Origin: Betaproteobacteria bacterium
Lineage (GTDB): Bacteria; Pseudomonadota; Gammaproteobacteria; Burkholderiales; Burkholderiaceae_E
DNA length: 64,000 nucleotides
Reading direction: 5' to 3'
Assembly: GCA_016868375.1 (NCBI GenBank)
Contig: VGHA01000004.1
Location: 10,081-74,080 of the forward strand
Shown here: piece after piece, positions 25,527 to 36,300 of the stretch
Layout: each line of letters opens with the position of its first letter
Position numbering within the stretch: position 1 is the first letter of the stretch
The notes under the pieces: model-generated
Seen by the model: the letters and a program-made list of their open reading frames with translations, nothing else
Database searches by the model: none
What the model was told of the DNA's origin: nothing
Position numbers and translations under genes: made by a program

Positions 25527-27160
25527 CAGCGCCAGCGATCCAGCAACTGCCCCTGGGCGGCCTCGAGCAGTACATCGGCCTTGCTCCAGGCCACCTGCTG
25601 CTCGATCACCGCCAGCCGCGCGTTAATGGCGCGCTCTTCGCGCAACAGGATTTCGCGCATGTCGCTACGGCCCGCGGAAAGCCGCGTGCGCTCCAGTTCA
25701 AGCTGACGCTGCTCGCGCTCGGCAACGTCTTTCCAAAGCGACCAGCGTTCGTTGGCGCTTGCCAGCATGCCAATGCCCGTGTCGATGTCGTTCGCAATCG
25801 CCACCTCAAGCGCCTTCAACTGCAGCAGCGCATCCTCTTTGCGCAGCTTCGCCGCCTGGATGTCCGCCTTCGCCTGCCGGTTCTCCCCCAGCGGCATCGA
25901 CAACTGCAGCCCCAGCGTCCACGACGGGTAGTCATTCATCCTCATGTACGACAGCGAGCGCGCCGCCGACATCTCCAGACCGTTCATGCCGTAGCTCGCC
26001 ACCAGATCGAGCTTGGGCAGTCCCTGGTTGTTCGCATACGCAAGCTGGATGCCCTCGCGCTCGAGCATCGCCTTGCGCATCCGGTAGTCGTCGCGGCGCT
26101 CGATCGCGCGCCGCATCGCCTGTTCAAACGCCACCGCCCGGCCCTGAACCGCCGGCAGCGCGTCGCTGGCACGCAGGCTCGCCGGCGCCTCGTTGGCTGC
26201 CACCATCAGCAGCGTGCGAAGCTTGTTGACCCGCTCCTGCACACCCTGGCGGGCCTCACTCAGGCCAGCCTGGAAGCGACCCAGGTTGTTCTCAACTTCC
26301 CAGATTTCAGACTGCGGCAGCCGGCCCTGTCGGTTGAGCGCGCGAGCCTCCTGCAGCAGCCGCTCGCCCATTCGGACCTTCTCAATGGCCGACCCGGCGC
26401 GCTCCTGCGCAAGCAGCAGATCCCAGTAGGAGAACACCGCCTCGGCGACCACGCTCGCTTCGGTATCGCCGCTGGCAAATTTCGCCGCCCGCGTGTCCAA
26501 CTCAGCAACCCGTACCCGCGCCAGCGTGACATCGCGACCCGCGTCACGCGCCAGCGGCTGCGTGAGGGTGAGTCCGTAGAACGCCCGGTAGTCGTCGTTG
26601 TCGTTCTGACGGATGTTGCGCGTGATGTTGGTCATGAACTTCGACATCGTCGCCTTGGCCTCAACCTTGGCGCCGGTTTCGAGCAGCTGCGACACACCCA
26701 CCGAGTAGTCAACGCCGGTGCGGTCATACAGACCGAGACCCTGACGAATGAGATCTTCCTCAGGGGTGTTCTTTAGCCGCTGACGGCCATTGAGCACCGA
26801 GACCGAGGCCTGCGGCTGGAAAGCCGAGCCCGCGCGCTCGATGCTGGTGCCGGCGATTTCCTGTTCGGTTCGCTTGGACAGGATCGCCTTGTTCGCAGCG
26901 CGAATCTGGCGCACGAAGGGGGCCAGTTGAAGGTTGGTTTCGCGGGCGGTGGCGGTGGCCGCGGCGGGAGCGGCGGCGGGGGATTGAGCCGCCACCGGCG
27001 TCATCGCGATCGACATGAGCGCCGCGCAAGCCAAGGCCCAGCGCGATACGCCACCCATCGACTGCGGGGGGTGGCTTGCCCGCGGCTGCGGTGAGTCGGG
27101 ATGCGTTCCGCCGCACGTCACGAGTCGGTATCGCCAATAGGTTGAAACAGGTGGTTTCAT
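25526..27160 (-). CDS. TolC-family outer membrane efflux protein
   Basis: The ORF has two internally repeated OEP-like halves with long helical segments (e.g. ARVRVAELDTRAAKFA..., LQLKALEVAIANDIDTG...). The signal peptide MGGVSRWALACAALMSIAMTPVAAQ begins at the ATG at 27058. The 34 codons upstream of it have low GC3, so the true start is probably 27058 rather than 27160. Confidence 0.8.
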   Translation of the reverse strand: MKPPVSTYWRYRLVTCGGTHPDSPQPRASHPPQSMGGVSRWALACAALMSIAMTPVAAQSPAAAPAAATATARETNLQLAPFVRQIRAANKAILSKRTEQEIAGTSIERAGSAFQPQASVSVLNGRQRLKNTPEEDLIRQGLGLYDRTGVDYSVGVSQLLETGAKVEAKATMSKFMTNITRNIRQNDNDDYRAFYGLTLTQPLARDAGRDVTLARVRVAELDTRAAKFASGDTEASVVAEAVFSYWDLLLAQERAGSAIEKVRMGERLLQEARALNRQGRLPQSEIWEVENNLGRFQAGLSEARQGVQERVNKLRTLLMVAANEAPASLRASDALPAVQGRAVAFEQAMRRAIERRDDYRMRKAMLEREGIQLAYANNQGLPKLDLVASYGMNGLEMSAARSLSYMRMNDYPSWTLGLQLSMPLGENRQAKADIQAAKLRKEDALLQLKALEVAIANDIDTGIGMLASANERWSLWKDVAEREQRQLELERTRLSAGRSDMREILLREERAINARLAVIEQQVAWSKADVLLEAAQGQLLDRWR

Positions 27161-27323
27161 CGACCGGTTCCTAATGAACAGGAAACAAAAAAGTGGGCTC
27201 AGACATCGAGTTATGCAGGCGGCAGCCGACTAGAAATTTTGACTCGCTTATAGCTGATTTCACCGAGCTTGTCTTACATGGCTTTTCGCTATCAAAATCA
27301 TTCCCGGATTCCATATTTTCGGG
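27161..27323 (-). promoter_or_regulatory. AT-rich intergenic region between the giant gene and tolC (probable internal promoter/regulatory region)
   Basis: This is clearly the most AT-rich stretch of the right-hand 49 kb (e.g. AAATTTTGACTCGCTTATAGCTGATTT, ATCAAAATCATT). It widens to 265 nt if tolC starts at 27058. No confident -35/-10 pair could be assigned by eye. Confidence 0.35.
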
Positions 27324-30300
27324 TCATGCATCCGTCCTTTCAGATTGCGTGCTGCCGCGGTCAACACTGGCTGAGTTCTCAAGCGAAAGTCTGACTGTTG
27401 GGTCAGCCGAAACCGCCGGGGCATCGGCCGGTAAACCCTGCTGCGGGTCAGTGGTCACCACCCCCTCCGCGGGTCGATCGAACCAGCGTGCCAGACGATC
27501 CGCCAGCCCGTGAACCACCCCGCCCAGGCGCGCACGAATCCCGGTAACTCTCAGCGCCGGCTCTGCTGGCTCGGACTCGGACGTGGTGGCCGGTGTTGAG
27601 CGATCGCTTCGCGGTGCCTCAGCCGGGGCCGCGCCCGAGTCAGGCGCTGAGCCTGGCTCCGGCGGCTGACCAGGCGCCGGTTCCGGCGTGCCAGCGGGCG
27701 CAGCGCCTGCCGGCGGCGTAACCGGCAGCACCGGCGCTGCGGGCGCTGCGGGCGCTGACTCCGACCGCGCGGCGGGACTGCGTGCAGCATCGCTGACCGA
27801 CTGCATGGCCACGGTCGCGCTGACGCTCTGCGATACCGGCTGGAGGACCGCCGAGACCGGACGCTGTTCCACCACCCGCGGGGCCGCTTCGGTAATCAGC
27901 GTGCTGCTGACCGTGACGGGCGTTGCGCTGCCGCGCGAGGCAATCACCTGCGTGATCGGAATCGCGGACTGGGCCCCGAGCAAGCCCTCGGTGACAGCTT
28001 GCAGGCCTGCCGAGAGCACGTTGGCCGTACTCGATGAAATCGTCGGCGATGCAAGCCCGGTGGTGCTCGCAGTCGCCCCGGCCGCGCCCGCTGGCTGCGA
28101 GAACAGGCCGCCCGACACGAGGCTGATCATCGATAAGGCTTCCTTCTCGGCGATCGCGGTCTTGCCCGCCAGCATCACCGATCGGCCGCTACGTGCCTCG
28201 AGCCGACCGGGTTCTATCCGCCCGGTTTGCGTGAGGAGCGCGACCCAGCCAGTGCGTGACTCGTTGACAACCCCGGCCGCGCCAATTCGAAGCCCCGTCT
28301 CGCCTGCCAGCACGATGTGCCCGCCGGAACTGTTGCGCGCTTCAACCGACCCCACGCTGACCCGCAGACTGGCCTCGCCAAACTGCCCGATACCGTTCAC
28401 AGCGGCCAGTTGCAGCGCCCGCGAGGTTCGAATATTGAAGGCCCGGTCGGTGGTTGAGTCGTAGATTGCGCCACTGCTGGTGACACGGATGGATCCGCTG
28501 CTGGATTGGATTCGCGCGATCCCGATGTCGCCATCGGCCTGCAAAGCGATGTCGCCCTCGGTGGTTGAAATGCTGCTGCCAGGTTCCATGACGATAGAAC
28601 CCGAGCTGGTGATGCGAACCTTGCCCATCGGCGCCGAGATGCCATCGACGACTTTCAGCGGGCCTTGAGCGTCGATGAAAACATCGCCGCGTTCGCTGAC
28701 CGCGGACACGCCCGCTGCCGCAACGGCGGCCGCCAGATCGCCCGCGGCGCGAATCCGCGCCAGTCCCGTGGTTCGGACCTGGGTGGTGGCGGCCGAATCA
28801 AGGTCCAGGGACACATCACCAGTCGCGGCAACCGTGACCGCCGCGCCGATCAGGCTCAAGGTTCCACCGATCCGGTTGGCTGCGTCATCGAGCACAATCG
28901 ACTGCGCCGCGGCACTGATGCGGCCACCGCCAGCGATCTCGAGTGCTCCCTGCTGGCGAACCGCACCCGCCGAATCAATATCGACCCGGCCGGCGAGACG
29001 ACCGCTGACCAGCAGGACCTCACCGTCTGCATCGGTACGAACCGAGAGCAGGCTGTTTGCCCCGCTGGCCTGCGCCGCCAGTCGCAGCGCACCCTGCGCG
29101 CGCACGCTGGCATCGCCTGACACCGCAAGCGACAGATCCAGCGGGCCCGCATCGCGGATTCGTGCAACGCCCGCCTCGATCCTCACCGGTCCGTCGAACT
29201 GGTTGTCGCCCCGTGACAGGTCGACAACACGCCCTGCTGCACGGACCTCGGTCGTTCCCGTGACCTTCGCGGCGCCCGTCTGTTCAACCCCGCCCTGCAG
29301 CAGGAGATCGCCTGCGATCTGCACTTCGCCCAGGCGGATCAGCCCCGATTCGCTCGCAAGCGAGGTGTTGCCGTCGACGCGAAGCGTTGCGGCCGACAGC
29401 GCTTCACCCTGGCTGATCGCAGACAGCCTTGCCTGCGCACCCGTTACCTTGCCGGACACTGCGAGACTGCCGCCAGCCCGCACCACCGCCGACGCAGACT
29501 CGTCAGCCGCCCGCGATGCATCGCTTTGCGACAGGTCGAGCGTCACCGCGACGTCGTTGCGGTCGGACAGCGACGCGGCGCGCCCGATCAGCGTCACCGT
29601 GGCGCCGAAATCATTGTCACTGCGATCAAGGATGATCTGGCCCTGCGCACCCGCATCCAGGCGGCTCGCGCCGCCGAGGGTGAGGCCTCCGGTCTGGCTG
29701 ATTGAGCCGCTCGCGTTGACCGCCATGATGCCGCTCATCTGAAGCGCGCCCAGGCTTGCCGCGGCGCCTGCCTGCAGCGTCAGATTGGCGCGTGACCCGG
29801 TCAGGCGGCCCTCGACCGAAGCGGCGCCCGCCGCCGTCAGCGTGACCGGGCCTGCCGCATCGAGCGACACGGTGAGCGCGTTCCGATCAAGGATCGTGGC
29901 CGCCCCCCCGCGCAGCGTGAGCCGCGAACCGAAGTCGTTGCCAGCCGCCGTCAGCACGGTGCTGGTTGAGCGAATCACCGCGTCGCCGCTTACCTGTATC
30001 TGCGTACCCTCGGCCTGCGTCAGCTGACCGGCCTCGGAGTCGATGCTGAGGCCACCCACATTGAGCGAGACCGCAAGCGTCACATCATCGGTATTGACGA
30101 TCGACAGCGTCCGGCTGCTGAGGGTGACGGCACCGCCCGCCTGGGCTGGCGTCGTCACCAGATCCGCTCCGGTGCGGCCTGCGATCGCGAGGCTGGCAAT
30201 TTCCAGGGCCCCGCCATCGACCGCCACGGTGCCAAGATTCAAGGTCTCGACACCGGTGAACGCGACCCGGTTAGCATCGCCCGCGAGCATGCCGTCTTTA

Positions 30301-33300
30301 AAGATCACCTGGACCTGGTCATTCGCGCCTGCGCGAATCGTGACCGCGTCGGACCGTGCAGCGCCCTGCAGCGCCAGGCCCTGCGCAAACTCAACCGAGT
30401 CGGCGCCAGTAACTACGAGGCGACCGCCGGCGGCCAGTTCAAGCGCCTTGCTGAAGACGACCGTACCGGTCGCGTTCAGTACCAGGTCACCTTCGATTCG
30501 AACCGGCTGGTCAAAGCGCAGATTGACTGCGTTGGTGACGGTAAGCGCTTCGAGCCCAGCGCCGGCTTGACCACCAACCTGCTGCTCGAAGACGATCGAA
30601 CCGCCTTCGGCTGACAGCGTGAGCGAGTCGTTGTTGGCACTGCTGCCGCGCAGCGGCGATTGCACCCGAACCGCATCCCCTTGCAGGGCGGCGGCAGGGC
30701 CGGCTGACAGCGCGACTGCGCCTGCGATCTGCATCGTGCTGCCGGCAAAGCTTGCACCGCCAGCCAACGCGCCAGAGCTTTGCGTGATGGCGATGATGCC
30801 CGCTCCGGCGTCAAAGACGCTGCGGCCCGTGACCCGAACCGCGCCGGTCTGCGCCAGTTCGCCCGCCGAGCGCACCTGCAGATCACCGCCAACGGTGGCC
30901 GCGCCCATCGATGCGTCGGCTGCGCTGGTCAGCGCAAGCGATCCCGCCACCACCAGCTGATCGACCACCAGCCTGCCGGAGCCCGTGGACTTGAGCGTCA
31001 GATCGGTGCCCTCTCCGGTCAGTGCGCCGCCCACGGTGAGTGCGCCGCCCGCCTCGATCGTTGAATCAGCGATCGCGGTCAGCTCGATCCGCAGCGCATT
31101 GGCGTCGCGCACCTGCGCCTCCCGAGCTGCAAGTTTCACCAGCCCGCCGAAGTCATTGCCCGCGTCGGTAAGCACCACCGTACTGCCCGGTGCGACGATC
31201 TCGCCCGCACCACCCACCTTGAGGGCAGCGGTCTGCGTGACTGCGCCTGCAGCGCTGACCGTCAGGCCGTCGCTCACCGACACCGAACCCAGCGTGAGTG
31301 CAGCCGCGCTCGTCAGCCGCAGATCGCTCGCATCGCCCACCACGCTCGCGCGAATCACCGTCAGGCTGGATGCCGACTGGAGCCGTACATCATCATTTGC
31401 TTCGACATCAACCGATAGAGCGCTGGCTGATTGGATATCGACCCGGCTGGCGAGCACCGTCACGGCACCCGCGAAGGTGTTGCCCATAGCGCTCAGCGTC
31501 ACGGCGCTGTCGCCCGCATCGATCGTGGTGCGCGCACCGATCTTCAGCATGCTGTCCGCGCCCTGCGTGACCGGTCCTGCTGAATTGGCCTCAAGCGCGC
31601 CACCCACGGTGAGCCCGCCGAACTGCACGCCCTGAGCGCCTCTGCCAGTCACCTTCAGGTCGCTCTGCTCACCGGTCAGAATTCCAGACACTGCCAGCGC
31701 GCCCCCACTGTTGACCACGACATCGGCGCTGGCGGTGACCTCGAGCGTGAGATCGCTCGCGGCGCGCACATTGACCGCCGACCCCACGGCACTCAGCTTG
31801 CCGCTGAATCGGTTGGCATCGTTTTCAAACGTGATGGCATTCGAGCCCGCATCAATCGTGGAAGCTGCCCCCAGCGTCAGTGCGCTGGTCTGGGTGACTG
31901 CGCCCGCGCTGCTCAGCATCAACCCGCCCGCAAGCGTGAGCGACTCCAGGCTGACCGCGCCCAGGCTGCTCAGCGTCGCGGTGCTGCCCGCACCAGACCC
32001 CACGCCACTCAACACGCTTAGCGCGCCGGCGCTGCTGATGCGAGTCGCCGCGCTGCCGCTGAACCGAACCGCAAGCGCGCTGTCTGCGTCGTGGACAGTA
32101 AGCTGCGCGCCCGTCAGACTGACCTCGCCCGCCAGACGGTTATCAACCGACGACAGCGTGATCGCCTGACCGGCTGCGCTGACCGTCGTGCTGCCGCCCA
32201 CCGTCAGTGCGCCCACCTGCGTGACTGCGCCGGTGCTGGTGATGCCCACATTGCCACGAACCTCGAGTGCGCCCAGCGCAAGCCCGGCCGAATCGACCAC
32301 CAGCCCACTGTCCGCACCACTGACCACGCCACTCAAGCCCAGCAGGCCGCCCGCACGGGCATTCACCGAGCCGGTCGCGGTCATCGACAGTTCAAGCGCA
32401 TTGCGGTCGCGAATCTGTACCGCGGCCGACTCGATGCCGACCCGGCCACCGAAATCATTGCCCGCCCGATTCAGGGTGACGGTCTGGCCTGCCGCGCTGA
32501 AGGTGGACGCGCCCGCAATGCTCCAGTCGCCGGTCTGACTCAGCGCACCCGCACTGCGCAGCCGCGCGTCGCCACCCACTGTGAGCGCTGCTGCGGTCAG
32601 GGCCGCATCGCTTCGTGCATCCAGCGCACCGCCCACGGTAAGCGCTCCGAACTGAACGCCCTGCGCGCCCTTGCCCGTGACGGTCAGATCGGCGCCCTGC
32701 CCGCTCACAGCGCCCCGCACCGTGAGGTTGCCTGCCGCCTCCACCACCGTCGCGCCCTGGGTGGTCAGTTCGATCGACAGCGCGCCGTTATCCACCAGCT
32801 GCGCCGACCGTCCTCCTAATTTCACCGACCCGCCAAAGTCGTTGCCACGGTGGGCAAGCGTTACCCCGGCGCCGGTGGAAAGAATGTCTGAATCACCGGC
32901 CACAGCAAGTGCTTCGTCAGACTGCGTGATCGCACCACCCGCAGTAAGCGACAGCGTGCCGCCCACCTGGACCGAACTGAGCGTGAGCGCGCCGCCTGTG
33001 GTCACCGTCAGATCGCTTCCGACCGCGCCAAGTGGCGCCCGCAGATCGAGCGCGCCCTCGGTCTGGATGCGCACATCGCCAGGGCTTGAGAGCCGCAGGC
33101 TGAGCGGCTGCGTGCCGATTGAGGTGATGGTGAGATCGCCGCCAGCGGTCGGCCGCACATCGCTGCTGCCGCTCACGGTGAGCGCGAGCGCAGTGGTGTC
33201 GCGAACCGACACCGCCCCGGTGGTGGTGATGCTTACTGCACCGTCAAACCGGTTGGCCTCGTGGGTAAGCGTGACCGCGCCGCTGCCGGCGACGATCTGC

Positions 33301-36300
33301 GCTGCCCCGCCGACGCTGAGTGCACCGCTCTGGGTGACCGACGCGCCGGCCATAACCGACAGCGCGCCTGCGATGCTGCTTGCAGCGAGCGTTGCGGCTC
33401 CCGCGGCGCTCAGCTGCAGATCGCTGCCCGTGCCGGTGACCGTTGCGGTCGCTGAGAGCGCACCGCCACTGGTCACCGACGAATCCCCGCGTGCGGTTAG
33501 CACCACGCTGAGATCATCGCTGTCGCGAAGCGTCACGCCAGCACCCTCGGCACGCACAGCGCCACCGAAGAGATTGCTGGCCGAAGCCACGGTGATGTCG
33601 CCGCCTGCCTGCAGCGTTACCGCGCCGGCCACGCGCAGCGAGCCGGCTGCGCCCTGGGTGATCGCCCCGGCGCTGGCGGTGGCGGCGAAAGTTGCCGCCT
33701 GGATCTGCGCATCAAGCTGAAGCGCGCCCGCACTGCTGATCTGAAGATCGGCCACTTCGAGCTGGGCACTGCTGCGGCCCGCCACCGGGCGCAGGGCAAT
33801 CGCCGCCCCGGCCAGCCCCTGAATGGTGAGCCCGCTGAGCACCAGACGCCCATTGTCGGAGCGGATCTGCGGCGCGAACGTGCCGAGTCCAGCGATCTCG
33901 AAGCTGTTGCTATCGCCCGCCAGCACACCGGCCGCGAAGCTGACAACGCTGCCGCCCGTTCGCGTCGAGGTGATGCGGATCGGATCCGCGTAAGCAGGAC
34001 CGCTCAGCGCGACGCCGGCATCGAACCGCACCGCATCCGCGCCATCGATCTTCAGCGTGGCCCCAGCCGACAGGTTCAGCGTTCGCGCAAAGCCCACCGC
34101 GCCGCCCACGGACGTGATGTCGAGGCTTCCCGACACCGTGGGATCGATGGCAAGCTCGCCACCGGCCCGCACCGTGAGATTGCCGCCTGCCTGCGCCTCC
34201 AGCACCATGGCATTGGTATCGGCGATGCTGATCGCACTGCCCGCCACGACAACGCGGCCGCCGAAGTCGTTGTCGACATTGGCGAGCGCAATGGCTTGAC
34301 CCGCCGCGCTGATTCGCGCGGTTCCACCCACCGCCAGCCAGCTGGTCTGACTGATGCCAGCGCCTTCCGTGGTCACCGTGAAGTCGCCCGCAACCGATGT
34401 GCGGCCCAGACTGACCGCCCCGCCTGCTGCAGGCGCCAGCAGCAGACTGCTGCTGCCGCCGCTGACCGTGGCACTTACTGTGATCGCGCCGCCTGAACGC
34501 ACGACCGCATCGCCGCTTGCAGCCAGAACAGCCTGCAGTGCGGTGCTGTCGCGCAGAACAATCCGCCCGCCCGCCGCATAGACGCTGCCGCCGAACACGT
34601 TGGCTGCATTGTCGAGCGTGATTGCGGTTTCAACACCGAGCCGGTTCTGCGCCGCATCGGCAACCGCCGCGCGGTTCAGCTGCAGCCGCTCCACACGGGC
34701 CGACACCACCGCTTCGTCGGCCGGTACGGTATAGCGGAACACCTTGGAGGTGGGCGAGGAGGCTGCCGCGTCATACAACGCACTGGCGCTGCGTGTGCCC
34801 GCATCGGTCTGAAGAACCAGATCAAGGCTTGGTGCGCCGCTTGCGGTATCGATCGCAGTCGCTTCGCTGAAGGCGAGCTTGAACACCATCGCACGACCGG
34901 CTTCATAGCGCCCCTCAGCGGGAACATCGATCCGGGTGATGGTTGGAACGGTGCGATCGACCGTTGCGACGGCCGGCGCTGTGCCGACCTGGAGGAAGCC
35001 TTCGCGAACCAGGGTCGAGCCCGTTGCGCTCGCAACGCTGAGCTGCACCGGTCCACTACCGGCGAGGCTCGACAGGTCAACGTTCGACACCGTCCAGCTG
35101 CCGTTGACCACCGACGCATTGGACACCACGGATGCGCCTGTCGAATCGGTAAAGCGCACGGTGAGGCTGCCGATTCGGTTGCCTGCGACATCGGTGAGCG
35201 CGGCGCCGTTGATGCGAAGCGCCGAAGCAGTTGCCGCATTCACCGTGGTGCCCGCGGGCACGGTGTAGCGGAACATTTTCGTGGTGGTCGATGACTGCGC
35301 GGCCAGATACTCGGCCCGCACAAGCCGCGAACCCGTGGCCGTGGTCAGCGAAAGCTCAAGCTCGGGCGAACCCGCCGCAGTATTGATGGCAACCGATTCG
35401 TTGAACAGTACCGCGAACATCATGGTACGACCCGCCGCATAAACGCCTGCCGCGGGTCCATCCACCCGGCTGATCTGCGGGAATACTGTGTCGTTCCCCG
35501 TTTCAATCGGCGCATTGCCCAGATTGAGCAATCCCGCCTGTTCGAATCGGCTGCCGGCAGCCCCGGTGATCACCAGCCGAACCGGCCCGGTATCGGCCAA
35601 CGCAAACAGGTTGATGCCGCTCGCAGTCCAGGCGCCGTTGGTGACGCTCACCGTGCGCTCGACCGTCTTGCCCGCCGAATCAGAGAAGGTAAGCGTGAGC
35701 GTGCCACCCGCCGCGGTCGATGCCGTGCCCGACAGGTCGATGGCATTGCGGCTCGCCGAGGCAACCCAGCGGCCCTCTGCCGCATTCACCGCGATGGCGC
35801 CCGCGGGCTGAACCACCGCGTGGGCCAGGCCACTGCCCGCTGCGGCAAGCACAAGCCGCTCGACAGTGGCGCCGGCCAGTGCCGAGACCGTGCCGCTTGC
35901 GGCGATGGCATTGCGTTCAGACGACGCAACCCAGCGCCCTTCGGCGGTGCTCAGCTGAATCTGCGGCGCATTCTGCGCCAGCGCTGAATCGCCGGTAAAG
36001 CTTATCTGCTGACCTTCGATGCGGGTTTCGCCCGCCACCGACAAAGCGCCGGTCTGGGTGATGGCGCCCGAGCTGTAGACCGTGAGATGACCCGGCACCG
36101 AGCCAATCGATCCCAGCGTGACGGCGCCGCCGGCGAGTGCGATCAGCGTGAGATCGCTGGCCGCACCGCCGATCGACCCGGCCACCGACAGGTTTCCGCC
36201 CGCCTCGAGCCGCATGTTGCCCACCGACACAAAGCTGCCCGCCATCGCATCGCTGTCGCGTACGGTGAGCGCGCCGCCCGCGTTCGCGGTGACATTGCCA

